Shown: piece by piece, positions 12,733-45,794 of the stretch | Numbering within the stretch: position 1 is the stretch's first letter | How the letters are laid out: every line of letters starts with the position of its first letter | Assembly: GCF_036971445.1 (NCBI RefSeq) | Contig: NC_091482.1 | Location: 27,094,001-27,158,000, forward strand | From: Narcine bancroftii | Taxonomy: Eukaryota | Direction: 5' to 3' | Length of the DNA stretch: 64,000 nucleotides | Notes under the pieces: generated by a model | Database searches by the model: none | What the model was told of the DNA's origin: nothing | What the model saw: the letters and a program-made list of their open reading frames with translations, nothing else | Program-made: the position numbers and the translations under genes

Positions 12733-14190
12733 AATCACAGTGCGGCTTTCACGCAAACAGAGGAACTACTGACATGCTCTTTGCCCTCAGACAGCTCCAA
12801 GAAAAGTGCAGAGAACAAAACAAAGGACTCTAAATCACCTTTGTTGACCTCACCAAAGCCTTCGACACCGTGAGTAGGAAAGAGCTTTGGCAAATACTAG
12901 AGCGCCTTGGATGCCCCCCAAAGTTCCTCAACATGGTTATCCAACTGCACGAAAACCAACAAGGTCGGGTCAGATACAGCAATGAGCTCTCTGAACCCTT
13001 CTCCATTAACAATGGCGTGAAGCAAGGCTGCGTTCTCGCACCAACCCTCTTTACTATCTTCTTCAGGAATGAAGTTGAAACAAGCCATGAAAGACCTCAA
13101 CAATGAAGACGCTGTTTACATCCGGTACTGCACGGATGGCAGTCTCTTCAATCCGAGGCACCTGCAAGCTCACACCAAGATACAAGAGCAACTTTTCCGT
13201 GAACTACTCTTTGCAGACGATGCCATTTTAGTTGCCCATTCAGAGCCAGCTCTTCAGCGCTTGACATCCTGTTTTGGGGAAACTGCCAAAATGTTTGGCC
13301 TGGAAGTCAGCCTGAAGAAAACTGAGGTCCTCCATCAGCCAGCTCCCCACCATGACTACCAGCCCCCCCCACATCTCCATCGGGCACACAAAACTCAAAA
13401 CGGTCAACCAGTTTACCTATCTCGGCTGCACCATTTCATCGGATGCAAGGATCCACAACTAGATAGACAACAGACTCGCCAAGGCAAATAGCGCCTTTGG
13501 AAGACTACATAAAAGTCTGGAAAAACTAACTGAAAAACCTCACAAAGATCAGCGTGTACAGAGCCGTTGTCATACCCACACTCCTGTTCGGCTCCGAATC
13601 ATGGGTCCTTTATCGGCATCACCTACGGCCCCTAGAACGCTTCCACCAGCGTTGTCTCCGCTCCATCCTCAACATTCATTGGAGCGACTTTATCTCCATC
13701 ATCGAAGTACTCGAGAGGGCAGAGGCTGACAGCATCGAATCCATGCTGCTGAAGATCCAACTGCGCTGGGCAGGTCACATCTCCAGAATGGAGGTCCATC
13801 GCCTTCCCAAGATCGTGTTATATGGCGAGCTCTCCACTGGCCACTGTGACAGAGGTGCACCAAAGAAGAGGTACAAGGACTGCCTAAAGAAATCTCTTGG
13901 TGCCTGCCACATTGATCACCACCAGTGGGCTGATATCGCCTCAAACCGTGCATCTTGGCGCCTCACAGTTTGGCAGGCAGCAACCTCCTTTGAAGAAGTC
14001 CACAGAGCCCACCTCACTGACAAAAGACAAAGGAGGAAAAACCCAACACCCAACCCCAACCAACCAATTTTCCCCTGCAACCGTGTCTGCCTGTCCCACA
14101 TCGGACTTGTCAGTCACCAACAAGCCAGCAGCTGACGTGGACATTTACCCCCTCCATAAATCTTCGTCCACGAAGCCAAGCCAAAGAAAG
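12733..14190 (+). mobile_element. RTE-clade LINE, 3' 1.45 kb (RT domain to 3' end), frameshifted
   Basis: FVDLTKAFDTV, GVKQGCVLAPTLF, LLFADD, LRWAGHISRME motifs spread over ORFs 12870-14135. Same 3' end as the 5243-5763 copy. Confidence 0.93.
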
Positions 14191-14209
14191 ACAGCACCAA
14201 CAACCAGAA

Positions 14210-14552
14210 TTTGAATCTTTTCCGTTCTCCCTATGGGCTTCTTCTGTGCTCGTGGTTTCCTCCCACACTCCAATAATGTTTAGGGTTTGTAGGTTAATTC
14301 ATATGTTTGGGCAGCATGGTTAGTGTAGCGTTCAGCGTGATGCTAATGGAGCACCAGTGACTCAGGTTTGAATCCAACACTATAAGAAGTTTGTTCATTC
14401 TCTCCATGTCCAAGTGGCTTTCCTTTAGTTGCTCTGGTTTCCTCCCACCCTCTAAAAACAAGTATGGGGTTCGTACATTAATTTGGTTTTTTGGGTGGCA
14501 TGGGCTCATGGGTGGAAGGGCCTGATACCATCCTGTATTTCCCAATTAAAAT
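14210..14552 (+). mobile_element. Tandem SINE fragments
   Basis: Two consecutive copies of the SINE core GGTTTCCTCCCAC. Confidence 0.55.
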
Positions 14553-15119
14553 TAAATTGCTGGGTCCTTCAGATTTATTTTCAGAATACATACATGACAT
14601 CACATACAACCGAGATTCCTTTTTCCTGCGGGAACAGCAGAATTACAGCGCAAGACATGTAAACAAGAACTCTAAACAAACTGTGTGCAATACAGAGAGA
14701 ATAAAAAGAAAACCAATAAAGTGCACAAGTAAGAGTCCTTAAATAAGTCTCTGATTGAATTTATCATTGAGGAGTCTGATGGTGGAGGAGTTGATGGAAG
14801 ACATGGGTGTCTGGGCCAAAAGATCTGTTTCTGTGCTATGACAATCTTTTCAGTTAACCTTGTTGCATCATTTCTGGCAATGCAGTAATGATCTCAAATC
14901 TAAACTTGCTACTAATTCATTAATTTTGTTTCAAATCCTGCACATTTTGCATAAACATCTTTTAATTTGACATTACAATTCTTGTTTGAAGGTGAACTAT
15001 GAGTGTGTTCTGTACTTTCATGTTCCTCTTAATGCACAATCTACAAGATTGTAGTTTTATCTTGTTCTACATTTCCCCTTGTTTGAACAAGGAGTTTAAG
15101 AAAATTGGAAGACCTATAG

Positions 15120-15850
15120 ACAAATCCAGCAGTATCTGCTGGAAGTAAAGGGTAACCAACGTTTCGGGCCTGAGCCCTTAGTGAAGGTATAAGCTGACAG
15201 GTGCCTGAATAAAAAGGTGGGAGGAGGGAAAAATGGGCAAACAAGTAAGGTCATGGGTGGTTATGGATAGGAGGGTGGAAGAGAAAAAAGATGAGGTGAG
15301 AAGGGGACGGGTTGGTTCTCTGAATGGAGAGGTTAGGGGTTGGGGAGCTGGAGAAAAGGAAATAGAGTGATAAGGAGAGAGAGAATCAAGCTAAGGGTTT
15401 AACAGAAACTGGAGAAATTGATGTTAATGCCACCTAGTTGGAGTGCCCAGACAGAATGTTAGGTGTTGTTCCTCCAATTTGCAGATAGCCTTGATATGGC
15501 AGTGCACGAGACCATGAATAGACATGTCAGTGTGAGAATGTCATGTGGAATTAAAATGGTCGGCCTCTGGAAGGTTCCTGTTTATGCAGCGGACAGAGAT
15601 AAGATGCTCAATGAAACAATCTCCCAGTTGTGTCAAGTGTCTCCGAAGTACAGGAGGCCACAATGGGAGCACCAAATGCAGTAGGTGGCCCTTGCAGATT
15701 CACAGGTGTTTCTTCACTTGGAAGGACTGTTTGGGGGATCAAATGGTGGTGAGGGAGCATTTCCTGCAGTCACTGGAGTAGGTGCCGAGGAGATGATTAG
15801 TGGGAAGGGATGAGTGGAAGGAGTGGTCCCTGAAGAAACTGGAGAGTAGA
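15120..15850 (-). mobile_element. Penelope-like element remnant (GIY-YIG endonuclease region and terminal repeat)
   Basis: Minus-strand remnants PKQSFQVK.. and LGDCFIEHL resemble PLE GIY-YIG regions. The terminal motif AAGGGCTCAGGCCCGAAACGTT is present. Confidence 0.65.
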
Positions 15851-16232
15851 AAAAAGCAGGAATCCAATAATAATAATCCTTTTAATTCAGCCACACACGA
15901 TGAAGTATGGAGATAGTACAAACAGATTGTGCAGGGGGTAAAGAGAGTTTCAGATCTGGATATTGTGACTAATTCTTGGAGAGGTGGGACATGCAAGTTC
16001 AATGGATTGCTTCTTCACTGGTCTGGGATGATTATCCTCATGGGAATATTTTCTGTATCAATAAGTAGAGTTTAAAGTAACTTGACAAATGATATCATAG
16101 CTACTGTGAAAACACCGATTAAGGAAAGTCAGGAATAACAACTAAAATTCCTTTTAACATGGTTTTCAAATGAAGTAGGGAGAGCAATAAAATTGTAAGC
16201 TATATTCATGAAAGAACAATGGACAATCAGAT

Positions 16233-17507
16233 TTATTTGCCTTTCACATTGGACACCAGAACAAGTCCTGAAAAAAGCATAACAATCACTGTAATCTCAA
16301 TTAGCTTTTGAAGATTCAATCTTTTATCAAAATTTTCCCTGCTTTTGCGAAGCTGCATCCTTCTCCAGCGTATTAACTGCTCCATCTCCAATTGTTTTCC
16401 GTAGTGAGCCTTGAAGAACTCATCAAAATTGAACTTTGATTTCCTCTCATCTGAATAATCTTCTGAACTTTTGGCCTGTGTTCGTTTTACTGTTGAAACT
16501 TGGGGCTTGTCCGAAGGTCTTTTACCAATATGCAAATCTGCAGGTGTTAGAATTCCTCGGTCATATTTTTTCCTTAGACTCACGCTGCCCAACACAGAAT
16601 ATGCTTCACTGATTTGAGTAAATCTCACTGCTGCCTCGTCACTACCCGCATTTCTGTCTGGATGATAAATTAGCGACTGCTTGTAGTAAGCAGACTTGAT
16701 CTGACTATGTGTGGCTTTGGGAGAGACCTTCAAAATATCATAGTATACCGTGTTGCTCTCCAGTGGAGGTAGAATATGATCAAAATAACCCTTTTCATTC
16801 TTGAAGTGGCCATACATTCTGCGTTGCTGGAGTGCTCCGATGCCAGAAAACCGATAATGGTGTTGTTTACTGTCCTGAAACAGTGTGGAGGCATTTGAGT
16901 TGATTAACTGTTGAAATGTCTGGATCCAAAGCCTACTGTGGACTTTGTCATGCAGCCCCTGAAGAAACAAGGCATTCCAACCATTCCCGCAGCTGGTAAG
17001 CCCTTGAGATGTGTCAGTATCACTGTCACCAAAGGTCTCAACCCAAGGGGCACAGTTGCCAGTCGAGAGAAAGTTAGTCCTCCCACCCACTGCACTGCAC
17101 TTCAGTGATGACCATCCTCTGCTCAGGGTCCCGGCTGAGGAATCGTGCTCAGGTTTTAGTGGTGGACAGTAAAAGGGCAGCACGCCCAGGATTTGGGAGA
17201 GGCGGCCCACTGCCCGTCCCCGCCTGGCACTGCTCCTGTCAGGAAAGCACGGCCGCAGGTTTGCAGCCAGCGCCCTGCGCTGCCCCAGTGCCGGGGGGCA
17301 AGGTGGAGCGGGCGCGCCCCCAGCACCGCGCGCCCCCGGCCCGTCGGCTTCCGAACGGCCACCCGGCCCCTGCGGAACATCAGCTTCGGAGGAGCCCAAG
17401 TTACTCCCCTGAGCCCGGCCGCCACCAGCAATTACTTTCCTCGTCCAGTCCTTCCCATTCCGGCCTCGGTGTACCATCTGACTGCGACCTCCACTCAACG
17501 CCGCCAT
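16233..17507 (-). CDS. DNAJC30: DnaJ homolog subfamily C member 30 (mitochondrial J-protein), single exon, 424 aa as called
   Basis: J-domain YYDILKVSPKATHSQIKSAYYKQSLIYHPDRNAGSDEAAVRFTQISEAYSVLG..RKKYDRG with HPD. The DNAJC30-specific FNFDEFFKAHYGKQLE motif and a C-terminal hydrophobic segment follow. Intronless like the mammalian gene; start context gagATGG in a CpG island. Confidence 0.9.
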   Translation of the reverse strand: MAALSGGRSQMVHRGRNGKDWTRKVIAGGGRAQGSNLGSSEADVPQGPGGRSEADGPGARGAGGAPAPPCPPALGQRRALAANLRPCFPDRSSARRGRAVGRLSQILGVLPFYCPPLKPEHDSSAGTLSRGWSSLKCSAVGGRTNFLSTGNCAPWVETFGDSDTDTSQGLTSCGNGWNALFLQGLHDKVHSRLWIQTFQQLINSNASTLFQDSKQHHYRFSGIGALQQRRMYGHFKNEKGYFDHILPPLESNTVYYDILKVSPKATHSQIKSAYYKQSLIYHPDRNAGSDEAAVRFTQISEAYSVLGSVSLRKKYDRGILTPADLHIGKRPSDKPQVSTVKRTQAKSSEDYSDERKSKFNFDEFFKAHYGKQLEMEQLIRWRRMQLRKSRENFDKRLNLQKLIEITVIVMLFSGLVLVSNVKGK

Positions 17508-17660
17508 CTCGCCGGTCCCGCATCGGGAATGTTCAACCTATCGCAGATGGAAGGTGCTCATGCGTCATCGTACGAGGAGGCCAATGAGAGTGCAGGGCTT
17601 GCGCCACTCCCGCCCACGTTGTCCCTCGAATTGACAGCTCGCCCTCCCAGGAAACGGTAT
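17200..17660 (-). promoter_or_regulatory. CpG island / DNAJC30 promoter
   Basis: High GC/CpG. YY1-like GCCGCCATCT over the ATG, TGCGTCA at 17561, CCAAT at 17581, GC box CCCGCCC at ~17609. Confidence 0.65.
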
Positions 17661-17849
17661 GAGCCCTTGATCATCCTGGAACGTTTCTCTCTGCAAAGAT
17701 AGTCTCTTTGCTCTGGCCCAAAACGTCGGTGATTGATCTTTTACCTCTTATGGGCGCTGCCAGACAGGCTGACTTTCTCCAGCACTTCTGTGTGTGTTTT
17801 ACTACAGTCACAGCGTCTGCAGACTTCCGAACTTACATATATTTTAAGT

Positions 17850-18340
17850 ACAGTTGGGGAAACTACATTATATATCTTACTTTTATACCCTTTTTTGTTC
17901 CTTTTTATTACTATATCTGGGCCCCTATGTGGTCCAGGTATGACTACCAGACCTTTACAAAAGTGTCATATTTATCTTTATGTGATTTTTTTCCATAGTT
18001 AGACAGCTGTTCATTTCTGCAGTCCATCATGCTGTAAGGAGAGGGGAGTCAGACTTTCAAGTGATTGCAATACATTTTTTTGCTACTGCCAGTGCTATTG
18101 TTATAAATGAGATTTGAGATTTGGTCAATTTGTCGCTTATTTCCAAGAAATTACCTATTAGACATAGCTCTGGGTCACCCGTGAAGGCCACTCCTGCTTT
18201 CCTGGTCAATTTCTTGCCAAAATGGCCTCACTTTCTCGCACGACCATCTGGCATGTAGAAAGGTTCCTGATTCAGCCCCACATATGAAACACATCTCTGA
18301 AATTTCAGCTTTTGATCTGTGTAACTTTTCATTCAGGGAA
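17850..18340 (-). mobile_element. Old L1-type 3' fragment between the two promoters
   Basis: Minus ORF 18175-18372 contains CFICGAESGTFLHARWSCEKVRPFWQEI, the L1 ORF2 Cys-His C-terminal motif. Confidence 0.65.
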
Positions 18341-18414
18341 CCTGCCCTGCACTTTGCTCGGGACCTTGGCATCAGCTACTCTCCAGCAATGCAAACTGAT
18401 GCTCAGACAATTTT

Positions 18415-39910
<21,496 letters not shown>

Positions 39911-40555
39911 CCCAGACTCAAGGCTGGCTTTCCCATGGTACCCTCTGACTTACCATCACTGACTGACTCAAAAGAATGTGCTATTTATTTTCTACTTGTG
40001 ATGAATTGTGATGCTTGAGATTTGGGTGTCTGAATTTAAAATATTTCTGTATTTCAGGATGATGTCCCTTTTTGTTAATCAACAGGAATGGGTATGGTCT
40101 ATGGCTCCATTGGGCCTTCCTAGTTGAAGACACTTTTATATTGATAGTGTCAAAAGTAGCACTAATATAAAGGAAGTGTCCTGCTCACCTCTTGGTCCAG
40201 CACCAGCCTTTTCCTGGGTCATGAGCACCCATTGGAAGAAAAGATGGGGCTCTGTATTGACCTTCAATAGAAACCAGCTGCAAACTGGTATAGTACAAAA
40301 TGATGGATTTAAGATCTATATCCCTGCTTGAGGGCTGCTCTTCTAGAATCTCAGCATCAATATGAAAGTGCCTTGATACTGAAGTGCCTCTAAATTTTTA
40401 CCAATGTTTAAGTGGGCTGACTGAAGACTGATTTGTGTGCTGTCATTTTTTTTGACTATACATAAATATGCAGTCTTCATGATTGTTTTATCCAAGATAT
40501 AAAGTTAGATTCTTGTCTGCTTTCAAGGAAGGTAAACTAGAATACAATTTCTAAA

Positions 40556-40601
40556 AATAAAAACTATTGAAGTTGAAAACCATCTTTTGTTTGAAAATAA
40601 A
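40556..40601 (+). terminator. Candidate BCL7B proximal polyadenylation signals
   Basis: AATAAA at 40556 and 40596 with T-rich downstream sequence. A distal AATAAA is at 43133. Confidence 0.45.
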
Positions 40602-43600
40602 ATCTGTGGCTCCTGATTTTCTGATTATTGAAAAATCTAAGATGGTGTTGGCACCTTTTGATGTATAGGTATCAATCCTATTGAATACCTATTATTGTAC
40701 TTGCATTATCTTTTGCAGAGCACTTGCAGCTGATCAAAATGTTTTGGAGAGAAATTGATCTAATTAACTCCTAATAGAAACTAGATTAAATCATAGTCTG
40801 GTTTTATATTGCAGGTTAAGAAAACATGAACAAACCAGCAACTGTGGTGATTTTGTAGAAATGGCTGTGATTCTAGTGTATTATACTAGTAAATATGTTG
40901 CAAACATTTCAGTATTTAAATATCACTGTTTACCATTTGTTATTAGCTGGGGCATATCCAATGCATGAGTAATTTGCAGAAGTACATTCAATTCACAGAT
41001 ATACAAAAATTGCTTAAATGTGTCCCAGAGGAATATTTGTATCCATAATCTCACTGACCCCCTCAAGAGACAAAGCCTCGAATTACCATAAGAAAATGTG
41101 CAAAATACATTTTCTGACTTCAATTTCAATTCAACTCCAGCATCTGCATTTTCTTAAATGATTTTCTGTATGCGTTACTTGTTGATTCTTTAAACATGAG
41201 GGCAAGAAATTTGTATAATTAAAAACAAAAATGCTGGCTATACTCAGCAGGATCAGGCACAATAGGAGTTTCACTTTAATATATCCTGATGAATGCCATT
41301 TTTAACACCTTTGTATTGCCTACTTCAATACCATTATTCTGATTTCAAGCTCACACCTGCTCTAATGGAGGCTTCTTCCTTGCATGTTGTTCTTGTTCTT
41401 GCCAAAACAGTTTTTCTGTCCTTGGCAATTTACATAAAAGTGAATGTTCTCATGGTATTTCCCCAGTTAACTTCTGCATTGACACATGTATGTGGTACCC
41501 GCAGCTAACCCAGGTAGCAGTGTTTAGTTTTTTTAAAAATTCTGAATTGATGTTGTACTCATTAATTTCAAACTTTGTATTGCATCATTCCTTATTTTGA
41601 TCAACTTGTCTGCAAACATTCTCACATCGTCTCTAACTTGGGTAGAATTTAATAATTTTCATTTCTGCTCATTTTAAGAGGTTATCATTTTGTTCTTGGC
41701 TAGTTGAAAGATAAAATTATCCCCAATAACCAGAACTCTGTTTTATCATATAACACCTTTTGTCTTCTCTTCAGTCCTTGTATTTTATGTTGTCATTGGA
41801 AGTTTCATCTGATGTTATTTTTTATTACTAACTTTCCATTTTTTAACTTGTCCTCTGTTCGAAGTGTGCTTCATTAGTTTATTGCAATCTTATCTTTGAA
41901 AAGTTAAATATTTTATAATGAAAAATTTGGATCTTTTAATTTTGTTTGTTCTAGTAGAGTTTCAATATTGCTGCTCTGAGGAGCAAATCTTTTAACTAAT
42001 GGGTCATCTTTCAGAATCTATGAAGTTGAGGGATTTCCTAGTTACAATATGGACACCTTTTTCATGGAAGTAAAGCCAGAACAATGTGAACAAATGTTAA
42101 ATTTTGTATTTTCTGACGAAAATGCGTAGGTATATTTTTGAATACAAAAATTAAATGAATCCATTCGTATGCCAATATTTTTCTTTGTAATTCCACTTAG
42201 CTTTCTTCGAAATGCATGGAAAGTTGAGGAGTGGAAATCAATGTTCCAGACTGTCCATAGAAATGTTTGATGGGCAACAATTTATTCTGTTTAAGACATA
42301 ACGGTCGTTCCTTGTTTGGAAACACAATTTCTTTTGACAATCTCCGACAATGAGGAACATAAATGAGGAATTCTAAACATCTGTATGAAAAGCCCAGATC
42401 ACTGTTAGAGCAGTGGAATGGTAAACAAAGTTTCTACACATAACAATTAATTCACGATTCTATACGCTTTGATTATTTAAATAGTATTAATTTTTAAATC
42501 TTCATTGGCTTTTTGGCACATTATTATGTGCCTCCTAAATTTCCCCGCAGTGAAAACTAATTTTAATCTTATCACGCCTTAGTTCCAATGAAGTATAATT
42601 TGAAGTGTGTATTGATTCTTGGGAGGATCTTGATACCTGGACTATGGAACAGTTTACATGCATGACTTGGGGAGCACTCAACAAAAGGCAAGTTTGGTTC
42701 TATTGTATAGCCTAAAATTTAAACAAAAGATTTTCATTTGTTTGTTTTAAGATGCTGCATATTCTTTAAAATTTTTAATAGGTAAGCACCAATCATACAG
42801 GCACATAAGCAGATTTTTTTAAGTGTTAATGTATTGTGGCAATCTGCATGCTTTGCATACTGGAATAAAGCACCTGTGAAAGTTTAAATTCTGATATATT
42901 ACTGGGACACTCCAGAATAGGTGCTGATTCTCTATTATTGCCTTTACTGTGTTAAATATTGTAAAATCTGACTTCTGTCTGTGAATATAAACAGAAGCAA
43001 ATAACATCAATCACAGTGTGCTTCAGTGATTAAAACTTCAAATGAACTTCATACCTCAGAGATTAAGTGTTGCCTTTCAAATTGTAAAACTAGAATTATT
43101 ATTTGGGGATTGTTATTCAAAATGCTTGTGAAAATAAAGTTTTGGAATGAATTGAAACATTTGTTTGCTTTTTATACTATGGCAAACTTGCAGCAGTAAT
43201 TTGTGGGCCAGGAAAGACCACACCTCTTCCCAACCTCTCCTTCCAACTGTCAGAAGGCAGCCACAAAATTGAAAGTAATACGATAGTGATCAGGGTAATA
43301 TAATAACGGGTTAGTGCCGGCATCCCATAGGTCGTCTTAACTATCCCATCAACCTGAGGATTTAACTAGCTATTTGGATTAATAAAATGGGGAATGGATT
43401 TGTGTTCCACAGGGATAGGATAGGTGCTGTAATCTTTTATTTACTTTAATGATTTGCATCAAATTGGTGTGAGGATTTAATTTTTTGGGGGAAGGGCCAG
43501 TGTGGTCAGCTTTATTAGCACCCTTAATTGGCCTTGAGAGGTGATGGTACGAGAACATCTTGAACCACTCTAGCCGTTCTGATATTGTGTGGAGTGAATT

Positions 43601-43649
43601 GAACAGGTTAAAATTTGTGCTGGTGAGTGTTTCACACATTTTGTTTTAG

Positions 43650-44210
43650 AACATACAATACATTACAGGCCCTTGATTTGCTGACCTCTATTTTAAAAAA
43701 AAAAGTACTAAACCCTTCCTACCACGTAACCATTTTTCTTGCATCCATGTGTCTAAGAGTCTCTTAAATACCCCCAATGTTTCATCCTCCACCGCCATCC
43801 CCACAAGGCATTCCAGGTACCCACAATTGTGTAAATTAAAAAAAAACCTTACCCCTGATGTCTCCCCTAAACTTCCCTCGCTTAACCATGTACATACATC
43901 CTCTGGTGTTTGCTGATCCTGCTGTGGGAAACGGGTGCTGGCTGTCCACCCTATGTATGCCTCTCATAATCCTGTAGACCTCTAAGTCTCCTCTCATCAT
44001 TCTCCATTCCAAAGAGAAAAGTCCCAGCTCTGCTAACCTAGCCTCATAAGACTTGTTTCCCAATCCAGGCAATATCCTGGTAAATCTCCTCTGTACCCTC
44101 TCCATTGCTTCACCTCCTTCCCATAATGAGGTGACCAGAATTCTCCAAGTGTGGTCTTACCAAAGATTTGTAGAGTTACTACTCCTGAACTCAGTCCCCC
44201 TATTAAGGAA
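43650..44210 (-). mobile_element. CR1 LINE 3' fragment
   Basis: MERVQRRFTRILPGL..SYEARLAELGLFSLEWR. Confidence 0.85.
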
Positions 44211-44369
44211 GCCTGTTATATATTCTAGGTTTAGGAATACACTGCACATGGAGATGTGATACTTCATTCATTGTTTAATGCAAATCTAATATATATTAGT
44301 GATGAAGTCATTGTGCCAGCATCCCATAGGTCGTCTTCTATCATCCTGAGCGGCTACCTTGAGGGATGC

Positions 44370-44690
44370 ATGGATTTGAACCCAAGTCCCTCTCTTCATC
44401 CACATTCAAAAGTAAATGACCATTAACCCTGTACCCACCCAGCCTTCTGGTTTGTCCTTCCAAAATGCATCACCTCGCTCTTCTCTGGATTGAACACCAT
44501 CTGCCACTTTTCTGCCCAACTCTGCATCCTGTCATATCCTCTTGTAATCTTCAGCCCCATCAACAACTCCTCCAACCTTTGTGTCATCCACAAACTTACT
44601 GACCCATCCTTCCCCCCTCTTTTAGGTCATTTATGAAAATCACAAAAAGCAGGGGTCCCCTAGTCACTGACCTCCAGACAGAATGCTTTC
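44370..44690 (-). mobile_element. CR1 LINE RT fragment
   Basis: Minus-strand VSKFVDDTKVGGVVD..WAEKWQMVFNPEK. Confidence 0.75.
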
Positions 44691-44829
44691 ATGGAGCTTT
44701 ATTTGTATTAGTTATTTGAATGTCCATGAAATTTATCCAATAACTAGAAATGCAGTGTTTTGGCCCTCTGCATCAGTTATGGGATCCTATAACTTGTGAG
44801 CTGCTTCTAGTCTTAATTGTGATGGTGAA

Positions 44830-45285
44830 TAGATTCAAATTTATTGTTGGAGTACATACAACCCTGAGATTCTTTATTCTGCAGGCCAGGCAGAATTACT
44901 ACTTATTGGGAGTGCAAAAAAAACTACAAAATGTACACATGTAAACAAATAATTTAAACAAACTGCAATGCAGAGAGAAAAAAAATGATAAAATGCAAAA
45001 GACCTTAAATAAGTCCCTGATTGAGTTTGTTGTTGAGGATCTGATGCTGGAGGGGTAGCAGCTGTTCCTGAACCTGGTGGTGCATGTCTTATGGTACCTA
45101 GACCTCATCCCTGATGGTAGCAAGCTGAACAGAGCGTGTGCTGAATGGCATGGATCCTCGATGATTGCTGCTGCTCTACCTGTAGATGTTCTCGATGGTG
45201 GGGAAGGATTGGCTTATGAGGTCCTGCCTGCGTCCATTACCTTCTGCAGGGCTACACGTACACGGGCATTGGTGTCCCCAGACTG
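44830..45285 (-). mobile_element. Rex/Babar-like LINE 3' end
   Basis: LLPSGMR..TTRFRNSCYPSSIR on the minus strand. Confidence 0.7.
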
Positions 45286-45579
45286 AGAGAGTGTTAAGTT
45301 TGTACATAAATTTGAAAATAGTGTTGGAATACAATTCCTGTTAAAGTGTTCATTATCACGTGCACCAAGATACAGTGAAAAGCTTTATTTCAAGTGCTAT
45401 CCAGACTAGAGAACCGACCCTGAAGTATGGTAAGTTATGCAATAATGAAAGTTAAGGGGTTATTGTCACAGTAAGTCAATGCACGGTGTAGAATCGTACG
45501 ATAGATTGGACTTTAACGTAGGACTGGACTGTTGCATCAAGAGTCACAGATAAAAGCAGGAAAAATTCTCGGGTTGATC

Positions 45580-45714
45580 CCATGCGTTTCCTCCCCCTTC
45601 CCACGTGGCTGGGCGGGACGGGGGGCGTGGCTACGTCCGCTCGGTTGCCATAGGAACCCCTGCTCGTCGCCCCTGCAAATCCAGGCCCACGTCCCGGTCG
45701 CCTGTGGACGGTTG
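45580..45714 (+). promoter_or_regulatory. MKS1 promoter with RFX X-box
   Basis: CpG-rich. E-box CCACGTGG at 45601, GC boxes, X-box GTTGCCATAGGAAC at 45644-45657, ~60 bp upstream of the ATG. X-boxes are typical of ciliary genes. Confidence 0.8.
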
Positions 45715-45794
45715 ATGGCGGCCGTCCGTGGGAGTGAGACCGGGGCAGCGGCGATCTACCGCACTCTGGACCCCGTACAAAACCTCCGTATCCG
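45715..45794 (+). CDS. MKS1: MKS1 exon 1
   Basis: [26 protein letters not shown](R); CG|gtaaga. Confidence 0.92.

Noticed and set aside
17105-17702. Plus-strand ORFs of 160-169 aa
   Set aside because: GC-rich antisense shadows of DNAJC30 and its CpG island.
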